This document shows positions 48,043 through 60,515 of a stretch of 64,000 bases of DNA, one piece after another. Position 1 is the stretch's first letter. Every line of letters starts with the position of its first letter. The DNA is taken from contig UQJE01000003.1 in NCBI GenBank assembly GCA_900541345.1, positions 10,533 to 74,532 of the forward strand. Reading direction: 5' to 3'. A program made the translations under genes and the position numbers. This DNA is from an uncultured Blautia sp. (GTDB lineage: Bacteria > Bacillota > Clostridia > Lachnospirales > Lachnospiraceae). Under the pieces are notes generated by a model. That model was not told where the DNA came from and made no database searches. It was given only the letters and a program-made list of their open reading frames with translations.

Positions 48043-50304
48043 ATGGAAAAATTATTAGAGCAGATTTTACAGGAAAAATACGGAAAAAACATAAAAGAAG
48101 CGTCTGATGAACAGATTTATACAGCTCTTCTCATTCTTACAAAAGAAATAATGAAGGGAATGAAAAGAAATGAAGGAAAGAAAAAGCTTTACTATATTTC
48201 AGCAGAATTTTTAATTGGAAAGCTTCTTTCCAACAATCTGATTAACCTGGGACTTTTCCAGGAGACAAAAGAAGTTCTTGCAAAAAACGGACACGATATT
48301 ACTGCCATTGAAGAGATAGAAAACGAGCCGTCTCTTGGAAACGGCGGTCTTGGACGTCTTGCAGCCTGCTTTCTTGATTCCATTGCCACACTTGGCTTAA
48401 ACGGAGACGGAGTAGGCCTCAATTACCATGATGGTCTGTTTCTTCAGAAATTTACAGACAACAAACAGAGGGAGGAGAAAAATCCGTGGATTACAGACAA
48501 CAGCTGGCTGACAAAAACAGACGTAAGCTTTTCTGTTCCTTTTAAGGATTTCACCCTTCAGTCTGTATTATACGACATTGATGTTCCGGGATATAAAAAC
48601 GGCTGCAATCGCCTTCATCTTTTTGATGTGGAGACTGTGGATGAAGGAATCATCAGAGATGGAATCCAGTTTGATAAAAAAGACATTGCGAAAAACCTGA
48701 CCCTTTTCCTTTATCCGGATGACAGCGATGAGGCAGGACAGCTTCTTCGTATTTACCAGCAGTATTTTATGGTAAGCAACGCTGCACAGCTTATTTTAAG
48801 AGAAGCCCAGGAGAGAGGCGCGAATCTGTATCAGCTTTACGATTATGTGACGATTCAGATTAACGATACGCATCCGACTATGGTAATTCCGGAGCTTATC
48901 CGCCTTCTTATGGAGAAAGGCTTTAATATGGATACAGCCATTGATGTAGTAAGAAAAACATGCGCGTACACAAACCATACGATTCTTGCAGAAGCTCTGG
49001 AAAAATGGCCGATTTCCTATCTGGAACAGGTAGTTCCGCACCTTCTTCCGATTATTCGCGAGCTGGACAGCCGCGTGAGAAGAGATTTCCATGACGAACG
49101 TGTATACATCATCGATAAGCAGGACCGTGTACACATGGCACATATTGACATACACTTTGGATATGCGGTAAACGGCGTGGCAGCTCTTCACACAGAGATT
49201 CTCAAAGAATCGGAGTTAAAACCGTTTTACGATATTTATCCGGAGAAATTTAATAATAAAACAAACGGTATTACTTTCAGAAGATGGCTGCTTCACTGCA
49301 ATCAGGAGTTAAGCGCATATATTGAGGAGCTGATTGGAGACGGATTTAAAGAAAACGCAATGGAGCTTGAAAAACTTCTTGCATATAAAGACGATGAAAA
49401 AGTTTTAAAACGTCTGATGGAGATTAAACATCACGCAAAAGAGCATTTAAGAGATTATTTGAAAGAAACACAGAATGTGGAAATTAATGATGATTCTGTA
49501 TTTGACATTCAGATTAAACGTCTCCACGAGTATAAGAGACAGCAGATGAATGCTCTTTATGCCATTTACAAATATAAAGAAATTAAAAAAGGTAATCTTC
49601 CAAAACGTCCGATTACCATGATTTTCGGAGCGAAGGCAGCGCCTGCTTATACCATTGCAAAAGATATTATCCATCTTCTTCTCTGTCTGCAGCAGCTGAT
49701 TGACAATGACCCTGTAGTAAGCAAATACATGAAGCTTGTAATGGTGGAAAACTACAACGTGACAAAGGCAGAAAAACTCATTCCTGCCTGCGATATTTCC
49801 GAGCAGATTTCCCTTGCATCAAAAGAGGCGTCAGGAACAGGAAACATGAAGTTTATGTTAAACGGTGCTGTGACATTGGGAACAGAGGATGGTGCAAACG
49901 TGGAAATCCATCAGCTTGTAGGCGATGACAACATCTACATCTTCGGAAAGAAATCCGAGGAGGTTATTAAACTTTACGAGGAGGCTTCCTACTGCTCAAA
50001 AGAGATTTACGATAATGATCCGCAGGTGGAGGAGCTTGTTGACTTTATTATCAGTAAAGAACTGATTCAGATCGGAGACCCGGTAAATCTTGGAAGACTT
50101 TATAAAGAAATCGTATCAAAAGACTGGTTTATGGCTCTTCTTGATGTAAAAGAATATATTCAGAAAAAAGAAGAGGTATTAAGAGACTACGAGGACGAAA
50201 CTGCATGGGCAAAGAAAGCTCTTGTGAATATTGCAAAGGCAGGATTCTTCTCAGCAGACAGAACCATTGAAGAGTACAACCGCGACATCTGGAAACTTGT
50301 ATAA
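48043..50304 (+). CDS. glgP: Glycogen/maltodextrin phosphorylase
   Basis: [38 protein letters not shown] (PLP Lys). Confidence 0.96.
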   Translation: MEKLLEQILQEKYGKNIKEASDEQIYTALLILTKEIMKGMKRNEGKKKLYYISAEFLIGKLLSNNLINLGLFQETKEVLAKNGHDITAIEEIENEPSLGNGGLGRLAACFLDSIATLGLNGDGVGLNYHDGLFLQKFTDNKQREEKNPWITDNSWLTKTDVSFSVPFKDFTLQSVLYDIDVPGYKNGCNRLHLFDVETVDEGIIRDGIQFDKKDIAKNLTLFLYPDDSDEAGQLLRIYQQYFMVSNAAQLILREAQERGANLYQLYDYVTIQINDTHPTMVIPELIRLLMEKGFNMDTAIDVVRKTCAYTNHTILAEALEKWPISYLEQVVPHLLPIIRELDSRVRRDFHDERVYIIDKQDRVHMAHIDIHFGYAVNGVAALHTEILKESELKPFYDIYPEKFNNKTNGITFRRWLLHCNQELSAYIEELIGDGFKENAMELEKLLAYKDDEKVLKRLMEIKHHAKEHLRDYLKETQNVEINDDSVFDIQIKRLHEYKRQQMNALYAIYKYKEIKKGNLPKRPITMIFGAKAAPAYTIAKDIIHLLLCLQQLIDNDPVVSKYMKLVMVENYNVTKAEKLIPACDISEQISLASKEASGTGNMKFMLNGAVTLGTEDGANVEIHQLVGDDNIYIFGKKSEEVIKLYEEASYCSKEIYDNDPQVEELVDFIISKELIQIGDPVNLGRLYKEIVSKDWFMALLDVKEYIQKKEEVLRDYEDETAWAKKALVNIAKAGFFSADRTIEEYNRDIWKLV

Positions 50305-50316
50305 GAGGTGTGGACT

Positions 50317-51762
50317 ATGAGAGAAACTGGAATTTTAATGCCGGTTTCTTCTCTCCCGTCCCGGACGGGAGTAGGAGAGCTGGGAAAAGAAACGTATACA
50401 TTTCTTGATATTTTAAAGGAAGCAGGAGTAAAAATCTGGCAGGTTTTGCCTATGAATCCTCTTGGATATGGAAATTCCCCTTATCAGCCTTATTCCTCCT
50501 GTGCAGGGGACGAGCTTTATATAAGTTTAGAGCTTCTGTATGAAGAAGGGCTTTTAAAAGAGCTTCCTCCTTCTCATCTTGAAAATGCAAAAAAAGTGGA
50601 ATATGAAAAAGTACGGGCATGGAAAGAAGGATATTTAAGAGAAGCCTTTGAAAATTTTCAGGAGACAGAGGAATATCATGAGTTTATTTCTGAGGAATGG
50701 GTGCGTTCCTATGGAATATTCCGCGCTTTAAAAAAAGAAAATGAAAACCGCTGCTGGAATGAGTGGAGAGAAGAGCATAAAAACTGGAAGGGAGAAGCTT
50801 TATCAGAAGAAACAGAAAAAGAGGCTTCCTATCATATGTTTTTACAGTATGTATTTTTTTGCCAGTGGAAAAAGATAAAGGAATATGCAAATAAAAACGG
50901 GATTCGCATTATGGGAGATGTTCCTTTTTATGTGGGAATTGATTCTGTTGATGTATGGGCAGGCAAAGAAAACTTCCTCCTTGGTGCAGATGGCAGACCA
51001 ACTTTTATTGCAGGCGTTCCGCCGGATTATTTCAGTGCAGTAGGACAGAGATGGGGAAATCCGGTTTACGACTGGGAGTATCTGAAAAAAACAGGATATG
51101 ATTTCTGGGTAAAGCGTATCGGATATAACAGCCGGCTTTTTGATTTGATTCGTATTGACCATTTTCGTGCTTTTGATACTTTTTGGAAAATCCCGGCTTC
51201 CTGCCCAACGGCAGTGGAGGGAGAGTGGATAGAAGCGCCGGGTTACGAGGTGCTGGATACTTTAAAAAGAGAAGTTCCGGAGGCTCATCTTGTGGCAGAA
51301 GACCTTGGAGATTTACGTCCGGAGGTACTTACCTTAAAAGATCATTATGGATTAAAGGGAATGAAGATTCTTCAGTTCTCCATAGACACAAAAGGAAAAT
51401 ATGCAAGAGATACTTTTGAGGAAAAAGAAAATCTCATTATTTATACAGGAACCCATGACAACGATACCATTATGGAATGGTATGGGAAAATGTCCTGCGC
51501 AGCAAAGAGAAAAATTCGTCGTTTCCTTAAAAAACAGGGAATTAAAACAGGTTCTGTAAAAGACAGGCTTCTTGCCTATACATGGAGAAGCAGAGCAGAG
51601 TATGCCATTATTCCGGCGGCGGATATTCTGGGGCTTGGAAAAGAGGCGCACTTAAATACGCCGGGAACTGTGGGAAGTCCCAACTGGGAATGGAGAATGA
51701 CAGACATGAAGCGTCTGGCAGAGGAGCTTTATAAATATAAGAAGCAGATGACAGAAAGGTAA
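50317..51762 (+). CDS. malQ: 4-alpha-glucanotransferase (amylomaltase, GH77)
   Basis: WQVLP, GVPPDYFS..GQRWGNP, RIDHFR, AEDLG, YTGTHDNDT. Confidence 0.95.
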   Translation: MRETGILMPVSSLPSRTGVGELGKETYTFLDILKEAGVKIWQVLPMNPLGYGNSPYQPYSSCAGDELYISLELLYEEGLLKELPPSHLENAKKVEYEKVRAWKEGYLREAFENFQETEEYHEFISEEWVRSYGIFRALKKENENRCWNEWREEHKNWKGEALSEETEKEASYHMFLQYVFFCQWKKIKEYANKNGIRIMGDVPFYVGIDSVDVWAGKENFLLGADGRPTFIAGVPPDYFSAVGQRWGNPVYDWEYLKKTGYDFWVKRIGYNSRLFDLIRIDHFRAFDTFWKIPASCPTAVEGEWIEAPGYEVLDTLKREVPEAHLVAEDLGDLRPEVLTLKDHYGLKGMKILQFSIDTKGKYARDTFEEKENLIIYTGTHDNDTIMEWYGKMSCAAKRKIRRFLKKQGIKTGSVKDRLLAYTWRSRAEYAIIPAADILGLGKEAHLNTPGTVGSPNWEWRMTDMKRLAEELYKYKKQMTER

Positions 51763-51772
51763 GAGACAGCAG

Positions 51773-53524
51773 ATGGAATTTGCAGGAGTTTATCATAAAA
51801 CATCAGAGCAGATGAGCTATCCCTGTAATGAGAGGGAGCTGATTATCAATTTAAAAACAGGATATGATGTAAAGCGCGTGTTTCTTCATCAGGGAGATCC
51901 ATTCGAAGCCGGAATTCTCGGTGGCAATGAAAAATGGGTTGGAAAAAGGGAAGAAATCTGTTATAAAAAGCGCTTAAAGCATCAGATATGGTGGACAACC
52001 ACACTTGTTCCACCGTATAAAAGATGTAAGTATTATTTTGAACTTCATACAGATAAAGAAGTGTGGTATTATTTTGAGGACGGCTTTTTAAAGGAAGAGC
52101 AGCTTCACATGGAAGGGCGTATGCTTCAGTGTTTTATTGTGCCCTGGATGAATCAGGCAGATATAAACGTAACTCCGGACTGGGTAAACGATACGGTGTG
52201 GTATCAGATTTTTCCAGACCGTTTCTGTAACGGAACGCCGGAGAAAAACGGGGAGGATATTCTTCCATGGCGCACAGGTCCTGTTACAAACCAGGAGCGA
52301 TTCGGCGGAAATCTTGCAGGAATCAGAAAGCGTCTTTCATATTTAAAAGAGCTCGGTATTAATGGAATCTACTTGAATCCCATTATGGAAGCAGAGTCTA
52401 ACCATAAATATGATACAAGAGACTACACAAAAATAGACCCTTATTTTGGAGATAATGAAGAGTTTGCCCTTCTTGTAAAAGAAGCCCATGAACTTGGTAT
52501 CCGGATAATGGTGGACGCTGTGTTTAATCACTGTGGAAGGCGTTTTGCTCAGTGGCTTGATGTGGAGGAAAAAGGAGAAAAATCTGAGTTTGCAGACTGG
52601 TTTATGATTCACGACTGGAATGCATTAAAAAAGCAGGGAGATACAAGAGACGGAAGATTTTATTCCTTTGCATTTAATGAATATATGCCGAAATTAAATA
52701 CAAATAATGAAGAAGTGATTCGGTATTTCTCAGATATTTGCGAAAGCTGGATTCGCGATTTTGATATTGACGGCATCCGATTTGATGTGGGAAATGAGGT
52801 ATCCCACCGCTTCTTAAAACGTGTAAGGGAGAGGGTAAAATCTTTAAAACCGGATATTTATCTTTTGGGAGAAATCTGGCACGATGCAAGCCAGTGGCTT
52901 ATGGGGGATGAATACGATTCCGTTATGAATTATCCTCTTATGAGCGGAATCCATGACTTTTTCCTTGATAAGGAAAGTACAAAAGAGGATTTTGAATATA
53001 TGGTAAACCGTTGTTACACCATGTATATGCAGCAGTGCAACAATGTTTTGTTTAATCTTCTGGATTCTCACGATACAGAGCGTCTGATGAATCGATTAAA
53101 AAATCTGAACGTCTTTTATCAGCAGTTGGCGGTTCTTTTTACCATGCCTGGAAGTCCCTGTATTTATTACGGAACGGAAATTGCAATGGAAGGAGGACAC
53201 GATCCGGACTGCAGGCGCTGTATGCCGTGGGATGAAATGGATTCTGAGGAAAACAGAAAGTGTCTGGAAGAAATGAAAAAACTGATTTCTCTTAGAAAAT
53301 CAGAAAAAACTTTTAAGAGCCTTTATTTCCATTTTCCGGATACATACAGAGAAAAACGCTGTGTGGAGTATATTAAACTGGACGATGCGGGAAATAAGAT
53401 TCAGGTAGTTTTAAATTGTACAAAAGATTCTGTTGATGCACTGGATGGGGGAGAAATTCTCTTTGCAAGAGGATATGAAAATGGAAAACTTGCTCCAGAT
53501 GGAACACTGATTCGCAGAATATAA
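51773..53524 (+). CDS. Neopullulanase / cyclomaltodextrinase (GH13_20-like)
   Basis: WYQIFPDRF, HKYDT, DAVFNH, GIRFDV, GEIWH, LLDSHD, DPDCRRCMPW. Confidence 0.9.
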   Translation: MEFAGVYHKTSEQMSYPCNERELIINLKTGYDVKRVFLHQGDPFEAGILGGNEKWVGKREEICYKKRLKHQIWWTTTLVPPYKRCKYYFELHTDKEVWYYFEDGFLKEEQLHMEGRMLQCFIVPWMNQADINVTPDWVNDTVWYQIFPDRFCNGTPEKNGEDILPWRTGPVTNQERFGGNLAGIRKRLSYLKELGINGIYLNPIMEAESNHKYDTRDYTKIDPYFGDNEEFALLVKEAHELGIRIMVDAVFNHCGRRFAQWLDVEEKGEKSEFADWFMIHDWNALKKQGDTRDGRFYSFAFNEYMPKLNTNNEEVIRYFSDICESWIRDFDIDGIRFDVGNEVSHRFLKRVRERVKSLKPDIYLLGEIWHDASQWLMGDEYDSVMNYPLMSGIHDFFLDKESTKEDFEYMVNRCYTMYMQQCNNVLFNLLDSHDTERLMNRLKNLNVFYQQLAVLFTMPGSPCIYYGTEIAMEGGHDPDCRRCMPWDEMDSEENRKCLEEMKKLISLRKSEKTFKSLYFHFPDTYREKRCVEYIKLDDAGNKIQVVLNCTKDSVDALDGGEILFARGYENGKLAPDGTLIRRI

Positions 53525-53539
53525 GAGAGGGATGTAAAT

Positions 53540-55162
53540 ATGAAAAGCGAAAGAAGAAAATGGTGGAAAAACGCAGTAGTCTACCAGATTTACCCGCGAA
53601 GCTTTATGGACAGCAACGGGGACGGAATCGGAGATATAAGAGGAATTATTACAAAGCTGGATTACCTGGAGGAACTGGGGATTGATGCTGTCTGGCTTTC
53701 TCCTGTCTGTAAATCTCCGCAGGATGACAATGGATATGATATTTCTGATTATCAGGATATTGACCCTATGTTTGGAAACATCAGGGACATGGAAGAGCTG
53801 ATTCAGGAGGCAAAAAAAAGAAATATCCGCATTATTATGGATCTTGTTTTAAATCATTCTTCTGATGAACATTTCTGGTTTCAGGAAGCGAAAAAAAGCA
53901 GAGAAAATCCTTATCACGATTACTATGTGTGGCGGGATGGAGAGAAAGGAACGCTTCCCAACGACATGGGCTCTGCGTTCGGAGGACCTGCCTGGGAGTG
54001 GGTTCCGGAGCTGAACCAGTATTATTTTCACCAGTTTTCTGTAAAGCAGCCGGATTTAAACTGGGAAAATCCAAAGCTTCGCAGAGAAATCTATGATATG
54101 ATTCTCTGGTGGATGGAAAAAGGAGTTGGAGGTTTTCGCCTTGATGTAATTGACCAGATTGCGAAAGAGCCGGATTTAAAAATTACAAATAACGGTCCTC
54201 GTCTTCATGAATTTATCCGGGAATTAAGTAAGGAAACCTTCCAGAAGGGAGATTTGATTACAGTTGGTGAAGCCTGGGGCGCAGATACAGAGAGGGCGAA
54301 GCTTTACAGCGCGCCGGATGGAAGCGAATTTTCTATGGTATTCCAGTTTGAACATATGATGCTTGACCAGGAAGAGGGAAAAGAGAAATGGGACTTCTGC
54401 CCGCTTTCCCTTGTGAAACTCAAAAAAAATCTGGCAAAATGGCAGAAGGAGCTTTATAACTGTGGATGGAACAGCCTTTTCTGGGATAATCACGACCTTC
54501 CCCGTATTGTGTCAAGATGGGGAAATGATACGGAATACAGAACAGAGTCTGCCAAAATGCTTGCAACAATTCTTCATGGAATGCAGGGAACACCGTACAT
54601 TTATCAGGGAGAAGAGCTTGGCATGACGAATGTGCGTTTTGAAGATATTTCTCTATATCAGGATATTGAAATCCGGAATATGTATAAAGAACGTCTGGAA
54701 AAAGGGTATAAAGAAGCAGATATTATGGAGTCCATTTACGCAAAAGGAAGAGATAATGCAAGAACTCCCATGCAGTGGACAGCCGGAAAAAACGCAGGCT
54801 TTACACAGGGAACGCCCTGGATTGGCGTAAATCCCAATTACACAGAAATTAATGCAGAAGAAGAGTTGAAAAATATGGATTCTGTATTTCATTATTATAA
54901 AAAGCTCATTGCCCTTCGAAAAAAATATGAGATTTTTACAGAAGGAAGTTTCCGTCTCCTTCTTGAGGAAGATGAAAATATTTTTGCATATGAGCGGGAA
55001 TATAATGGAAAGAAACTTCTTGTGGCAGGAAACTTTACAGAAAAAGAAGTGCCGTGCTCTATTTTAAGAGAGTGGGAGGGGGAAGAAACTCTGATTCACA
55101 ATTATGAGGGAGAGAAAGAGGGAATTCTTCGTCCATATGAAGCATTTATGAAACTGAAATAA
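53540..55162 (+). CDS. malL: Oligo-1,6-glucosidase (GH13_31-like)
   Basis: YQIYPRSF.DSNGDGIGD, DNGYD, QPDLN, GFRLDVI, DNHD, GRDNARTPMQW. Confidence 0.9.
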   Translation: MKSERRKWWKNAVVYQIYPRSFMDSNGDGIGDIRGIITKLDYLEELGIDAVWLSPVCKSPQDDNGYDISDYQDIDPMFGNIRDMEELIQEAKKRNIRIIMDLVLNHSSDEHFWFQEAKKSRENPYHDYYVWRDGEKGTLPNDMGSAFGGPAWEWVPELNQYYFHQFSVKQPDLNWENPKLRREIYDMILWWMEKGVGGFRLDVIDQIAKEPDLKITNNGPRLHEFIRELSKETFQKGDLITVGEAWGADTERAKLYSAPDGSEFSMVFQFEHMMLDQEEGKEKWDFCPLSLVKLKKNLAKWQKELYNCGWNSLFWDNHDLPRIVSRWGNDTEYRTESAKMLATILHGMQGTPYIYQGEELGMTNVRFEDISLYQDIEIRNMYKERLEKGYKEADIMESIYAKGRDNARTPMQWTAGKNAGFTQGTPWIGVNPNYTEINAEEELKNMDSVFHYYKKLIALRKKYEIFTEGSFRLLLEEDENIFAYEREYNGKKLLVAGNFTEKEVPCSILREWEGEETLIHNYEGEKEGILRPYEAFMKLK

Positions 55163-55167
55163 ATAAT

Positions 55168-55218
55168 AAAAAGTACTGCTGTACTAAGTGATGAAAGCTT
55201 AGTATAGCAGTACTTTTT
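55168..55218. terminator. Bidirectional terminator
   Basis: aaaaagtactgctgtactaag ... cttagtatagcagtacttttt. Confidence 0.9.
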
Positions 55219-55233
55219 GTTTTGTGTATAAGA

Positions 55234-58200
55234 TTAAGCGTCTTTTTCAGCGTCTTTATTCAGATTTTTCTGGGCGGTGGAAAGCATCAGCTTAATTCTG
55301 TTTAACTGGTTTACTTCACTTGCGCCGGGATCGTAATCAATGGCTACAATATTTGCCGCAGGGTGTGTTCTGCGGATTTCTTTAATGACGCCTTTTCCCA
55401 CAATGTGGTTTGGAAGGCATCCAAAAGGCTGAATACACACAATATTTGGAACGCTCCCGTGAAGCAGTTCCATCATCTCTCCTGTAAGGAACCAGCCTTC
55501 ACCAGTCTGATTGCCGGGTGATACAATAGGAGATGCCATTTTTGCCAGATCTGTAATGTCAGCGGACGGAGTGAAATGGCGGCTCTGGGAAAGCGCCTCG
55601 TTGGCTGATTTTCTCATCCATTCAATAAGCTTTATTCCCCAGTTTCCAATCGTTGCTTTTGATTTTTTGAATCCAAGATTTTCCACTTTGAAGTTCTGGT
55701 TGTAAAAACAGTAACATAAGAAGTCAATCAGGTCAGGAACAACAGCTTCCGCACCTTCCGCTTCAAGAAGGTCTGCAAGGTGATTATTTGCAGCAGGAAG
55801 GAACTTTACAAGGATTTCTCCCACGATTCCCACGCGGGGCTTCTTTTCGTCGCTGATTGGGATTATATCAAAATCATGAACCATTTCCTGGCACATATGC
55901 TTAAACTGGCTGTGACTTATGGTGTTTCCTGTGATAAAGGAAATACATCTTTGCTCCCAGATTTTATATTTTCTGTTTACGATTCCTTTTTCTAATTCGT
56001 AAGGCCGCATTCGGTATACGCATTTCATAAGAATGTCACCAAATACACCTCCATAGCAGATTCGCTTGATCAGAGGAAGTGTAAGCTTAAATCCCGGATT
56101 TTTTTCAAGACCGCTTAAATTGACGGAAATAACAGGAATCTGTTCCATACCTGCTTTTTTCAGAGCTCTTCTGATAAAAGCTATGTAATTGGAGGCACGA
56201 CATCCGCCTCCTGTCTGGGACATAATAACAGCGGTCTTATTTAAATCGTATTTTCCGGAAAGAAGCGCATCCATAATTTGCCCTACAACAATCAGAGAAG
56301 GATAGCAGGCATCATTATTTACATATTTCAGACCTGTGTTTACTGCTTCCTTATTGTCATTCGGGAGTACCTCAAAATGGTAGCCGCAGGTATTGAAAGC
56401 AGCCTGGATAAAGCTGAAATGGAATGGTGACATCTGCGGACATAAAATGGTAAAGTCCTTTTTCATCTCTTTTGTGAAGGACATCTTTTCAATAGAAGAT
56501 GGCTGAATGACTCTGTTGTGTTTCTGCGCCTCTTTTGCCCGAAGAGCAGCAAGAAGAGAACGGATTCTGATTTTAGCAGCTCCCAGGTTGTTTACTTCGT
56601 CAATTTTCAGACAGGTGTAAATTTTTCCGCTTCCGGAGAGGATTTCAGATACTTCGTCTGTTGTTACTGCATCAAGACCACAGCCAAAGGAATTTAACTG
56701 AATGAGATCAAGATCCTCTCTTGTTTTTACAAAGTTTGCGGCAGCGTAAAGACGGGAGTGGTACATCCACTGGTCATTTACTCGAATCGGACGCTCAACA
56801 GGAACAAGGTGAGACACAGAATCCTCTGTCAGGACGGCAATGCCGTAGCTGTTAATAAGACTTGGAATGCCGTGATGGATTTCCGGGTCAATGTGGTACG
56901 GTCTTCCTGCAAGAACAATGCCTCTATGTCCTGTTTCTTCCATATATTTCAGTGTTTCTTCGCCCTTTTTCCGGACATCTTTTCTTGCGGAATCAAGCTC
57001 TTCCCAGGCTTTGTGTGCTGCGGCTTTTACTTCCTCTGCCGGAATATCCTTAAATTCCGATACAAGACCTTCTGTGAGGATTTCCTCAGAGGTAAAGGCG
57101 AGGAATGGATTCCGGAAATTAACCGAAGGGTCGTTTAACTCGTCCACATTGTTTTTTATGTTTTCCGCATAGGAAGTAACAATGGGGCAGTTGTAGTGGT
57201 TGACCGCATCCGGAAACTCATTTCGTTCATACGGAATGCAAGGGTAAAAAATAAATTTTACTCCGTTTTTCAAAAGCCAGGTAACGTGGCCGTGGGCAAG
57301 CTTTGCCGGGTAGCATTCTGATTCACTTGGAATGGATTCGATACCAAGTTCGTACAGCTTTCTGGTGGAAGTAGGAGATAACACAACCTCGTATTTCAGT
57401 TCTGTGAAAAAGGTAAACCAGAACGGATAATTTTCAAACATATTTAATACGCGGGGGATTCCTACTTTTCCCCGTTCTGCCTTATCGGCAGTGAGCGGCT
57501 GGTAAGAAAAAAGTCGTTTGTATTTATATTCATAAAGGTTCGGGATATTATCTTTGTTCTTTTCTTTACCGATTCCGCGTTCGCAGCGGTTTCCGCTCAC
57601 AAACTGGCGTCCTCCTGTAAATTTGTTGATTGTCAATCGGCAGCTGTTTGTACAGCCCTTGCAGTTTGCAATAGAGGTTGTGTATTTCAGCTCATTGATT
57701 TTCTGTATGGAAAGCATGGTTGTTTCTGTGCCTTCTTCGTATCGTTCTCTCGCGATTAAGGCAGCGCCGAAAGCACCCATAATTCCTGCAATATCCGGTC
57801 GGATCGCTTCACAGTCTGCGATTTTTTCGAAGCTCCGAAGAACAGCATCATTGTAAAAAGTTCCGCCCTGCACAACAATGTGACGTCCGAGTTCAGAGGC
57901 ATCGGAAACTTTGATTACCTTGTATAGGGCATTTTTGATGACAGAGTATGCAAGTCCTGCGGAAATATCAGAAACTTCAGCCCCTTCCTTTTGGGCCTGT
58001 TTTACTTTGGAGTTCATAAACACAGTGCAGCGTGTGCCGAGGTCAATGGGATTTTTTGCAAAAAGAGCTGCTTTTGCAAAGTCCGCTACACTGTAATTTA
58101 AGGATTTTGCAAAGGTTTCAATAAAGGAGCCGCAGCCTGAGGAGCAGGCTTCGTTAAGCTGTACGCTGTCTACGGTATTGTCCTTTATTTTGATGCACTT

Positions 58201-59475
58201 CATATCCTGACCGCCAATGTCAAGAATACAGTCAACATCCGGGTCAAAAAATGCGGCTGCATAATAATGGGAAACTGTTTCCACCTCTCCTTCGTCAAGA
58301 AGAAGAGCCGCTTTAATAAGCGCTTCTCCATATCCGGTAGAGCAGGAGTAGGCAATGCGCGCATCTTCTGGAAGAAGGCTGTAAATCTCCTGAATGGAGC
58401 GTATGGTAGTTTTTAAAGGATTTCCATTATTGTTGCTGTAAAAAGAGTAAAGAAGAGAGCCGTCCTCTCCTACAAGCGCTGTCTTTGTTGTGGTAGAGCC
58501 TGCATCAATACCGAGATAGCAGTTGCCTTTATATGTGGAAAGCTCTGCAGTTTTTACCTGATATTGGCTCTGGCGTTTGTGGAAAGCCGCGTAAGCTTCC
58601 TCCGTCTCAAAGAGCGGTTCCATACGCTCCACTTCAAAATCAAGGTGAATGGTCTTGCGAAGGCGCTCTTTTAAGTCTGTGAGAGACACGGATGCCGCAT
58701 CTTCTTTGGCATTTAAGGCAGAGCCGATTGCTGCAAAAAGATGAGAGTTTTCCGGCACAATAGTGTGCTCCTCAAGCTTTAAAGTACGGATAAATGCTGC
58801 TTTCAGCTCTGAAAGAAAATGAAGAGGACCGCCCAAAAAAGCAACATGTCCGCGGATTGGTTTTCCACAGGCAAGGCCGGAAATGGTCTGGTTTACCACT
58901 GCCTGGAAAATGGAAGCGGAAAGGTCTTCCTTTGTTGCTCCATCATTAATAAGGGGCTGAATGTCCGTTTTTGCAAAAACACCGCATCGCGCAGCAATAG
59001 GATAAAGCGCTTTGTAATGTTTTGCATATTCATTTAAGCCGGAAGCGTCACTCTGAAGCAGAGATGCCATCTGGTCAATAAAAGAACCTGTTCCGCCTGC
59101 ACAGATTCCGTTCATACGCTGTTCGATATTTCCGTTTTCAAAATAAATGATTTTTGCGTCTTCACCGCCAAGTTCAATTGCCACATCCGTTTTAGGCGCA
59201 AGATGTTCCAAAGAGGTAGATACGGCAATAACCTCCTGAACAAAGGGAATATCCAGATGATTGGCAAGGGTAAGACCGCCGGAGCCGGTGATAACCGGGC
59301 AAAGAGAAAGCTCCCCAAGCTGGTCGTAAGCTTTCTGGAGCAGGTTTGCCAGTGTTTCCTGAATATTCGCAAAATGCCGTTCATAATCTGCAAAGAGCAG
59401 AGTTTCATTTTCATCAAGGACTGCAATTTTGACAGTGGTAGAACCAATGTCAATTCCGAGAGTATGATTCTTCAT
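55234..59475 (-). CDS. 2-hydroxyacyl-CoA dehydratase activator-like multidomain protein (two ASKHA ATPase domains plus two dehydratase-like domains)
   Basis: [76 protein letters not shown]. Confidence 0.88.
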   Translation of the reverse strand: MKNHTLGIDIGSTTVKIAVLDENETLLFADYERHFANIQETLANLLQKAYDQLGELSLCPVITGSGGLTLANHLDIPFVQEVIAVSTSLEHLAPKTDVAIELGGEDAKIIYFENGNIEQRMNGICAGGTGSFIDQMASLLQSDASGLNEYAKHYKALYPIAARCGVFAKTDIQPLINDGATKEDLSASIFQAVVNQTISGLACGKPIRGHVAFLGGPLHFLSELKAAFIRTLKLEEHTIVPENSHLFAAIGSALNAKEDAASVSLTDLKERLRKTIHLDFEVERMEPLFETEEAYAAFHKRQSQYQVKTAELSTYKGNCYLGIDAGSTTTKTALVGEDGSLLYSFYSNNNGNPLKTTIRSIQEIYSLLPEDARIAYSCSTGYGEALIKAALLLDEGEVETVSHYYAAAFFDPDVDCILDIGGQDMKCIKIKDNTVDSVQLNEACSSGCGSFIETFAKSLNYSVADFAKAALFAKNPIDLGTRCTVFMNSKVKQAQKEGAEVSDISAGLAYSVIKNALYKVIKVSDASELGRHIVVQGGTFYNDAVLRSFEKIADCEAIRPDIAGIMGAFGAALIARERYEEGTETTMLSIQKINELKYTTSIANCKGCTNSCRLTINKFTGGRQFVSGNRCERGIGKEKNKDNIPNLYEYKYKRLFSYQPLTADKAERGKVGIPRVLNMFENYPFWFTFFTELKYEVVLSPTSTRKLYELGIESIPSESECYPAKLAHGHVTWLLKNGVKFIFYPCIPYERNEFPDAVNHYNCPIVTSYAENIKNNVDELNDPSVNFRNPFLAFTSEEILTEGLVSEFKDIPAEEVKAAAHKAWEELDSARKDVRKKGEETLKYMEETGHRGIVLAGRPYHIDPEIHHGIPSLINSYGIAVLTEDSVSHLVPVERPIRVNDQWMYHSRLYAAANFVKTREDLDLIQLNSFGCGLDAVTTDEVSEILSGSGKIYTCLKIDEVNNLGAAKIRIRSLLAALRAKEAQKHNRVIQPSSIEKMSFTKEMKKDFTILCPQMSPFHFSFIQAAFNTCGYHFEVLPNDNKEAVNTGLKYVNNDACYPSLIVVGQIMDALLSGKYDLNKTAVIMSQTGGGCRASNYIAFIRRALKKAGMEQIPVISVNLSGLEKNPGFKLTLPLIKRICYGGVFGDILMKCVYRMRPYELEKGIVNRKYKIWEQRCISFITGNTISHSQFKHMCQEMVHDFDIIPISDEKKPRVGIVGEILVKFLPAANNHLADLLEAEGAEAVVPDLIDFLCYCFYNQNFKVENLGFKKSKATIGNWGIKLIEWMRKSANEALSQSRHFTPSADITDLAKMASPIVSPGNQTGEGWFLTGEMMELLHGSVPNIVCIQPFGCLPNHIVGKGVIKEIRRTHPAANIVAIDYDPGASEVNQLNRIKLMLSTAQKNLNKDAEKDA

Positions 59476-59576
59476 AAAAAATAGATTGCCTCCTCATAGT
59501 GTGTATTTCCTGATTGCTTTTTCTGATAAAAAACAGTTCTTTCTTATTTAAATATATTTCTCTAAAGGTACATGTT

Positions 59577-59605
59577 ATTATACGATAATCGACGAAAAAT
59601 GGCAA
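59577..59605 (-). promoter_or_regulatory. SigA promoter of the activator gene
   Basis: TTGCCA-17-TATAAT on the minus strand. Confidence 0.7.
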
Positions 59606-59792
59606 TGTGAAAGTTACACAAGGATTTGGAGCTGGAGGGGGATAAATTTGGAGGGATTAGGTTTGTATTAAGGATGGATAAGAAAATGGAGAACTTTCAA
59701 TCCAGGTTAAAACATGGTAGAATAAGAGCAGAACTAAAATACGAAACGTGCAATAAGTACGCAAGTAGATGACACACTGGGAGGAAGAGTAC

Positions 59793-60208
59793 GTGATTAC
59801 AGGAGAATTAAAAAATAAAATAGACAGTCTTTGGGAAATTTTCTGGACAGGAGGACTGACGAATAAAAGTATTTTTGATGGAAAAATACAAATCGGTAGC
59901 CGTGAAATTGAAGGAAGTCAGCTAAAGCGGAGCGTATTCCATGATTTTCCGGCAGGACAAATGTACGCGGTTGTTCAGGAACTTGTATTTTCTTTTATTA
60001 AAAATCTTCATGGAGATAAGGAAAGCGCCTACGCAAAATATATGGGAGATGCGATTTTTAAAATTCCAACCCTTTAATGCTGGATAAAATTGTAACTTCT
60101 ATGGATAGTATTTATGAGCAGATGGCGAAATTAAAAGCTACAATCCAGAAATCCATAGATGAGGCACAAACCTTATTTGACAGCTTAATGCAGGAGTATT
60201 TTGGGTAA
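59793..60208 (+). pseudogene. hsdM: Type I R-M relic: HsdM N-terminal fragment (internal deletion, frameshift) joined to an HsdS C-terminal tail
   Basis: VITGELKNKIDSLWEIFWTGGLTN...YMGDAIFKIP; shifted frame LMLDKIV...IQKSIDEAQTLFDSLMQEYFG*. Confidence 0.75.
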
Positions 60209-60221
60209 AAGGAAGGAAAAT

Positions 60222-60515
60222 ATGGGAGAGACAGGAATCAAGCCAATAGTAATAGATGAAATATGCGGTTTTGCCAGAAAATATGATGTGAAAAAAGTAA
60301 TCTTGTTTGGTTCAAGGGCAAGAGGAAACTTCAAAGAAAAAAGTGATATAGACCTGGCGGTACAGGGCGGAGATTTTATCCGTTTTATGTTGGATGTGAA
60401 TGAGGAAACAAGTACCCTTTTGAGCTTTGATATTATCAATCTGGACGAAGAAATAATGAGTGAATTAAGGGAATCCATTGAAAAGGAAGGAAAAGTAATA
60501 TATGAAGAAGTTTGA
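60222..60515 (+). CDS. Minimal nucleotidyltransferase (MNT) antitoxin
   Basis: LFGSRARG....KSDIDLAV motif; overlaps the next gene. Confidence 0.9.
   Translation: MGETGIKPIVIDEICGFARKYDVKKVILFGSRARGNFKEKSDIDLAVQGGDFIRFMLDVNEETSTLLSFDIINLDEEIMSELRESIEKEGKVIYEEV

Noticed and set aside
59605..59621. ATGTGA-AAGTT-ACACAA as a Rex or CRP/FNR site
   Set aside because: Spacing is one base short of the expected dyad and the match is weak
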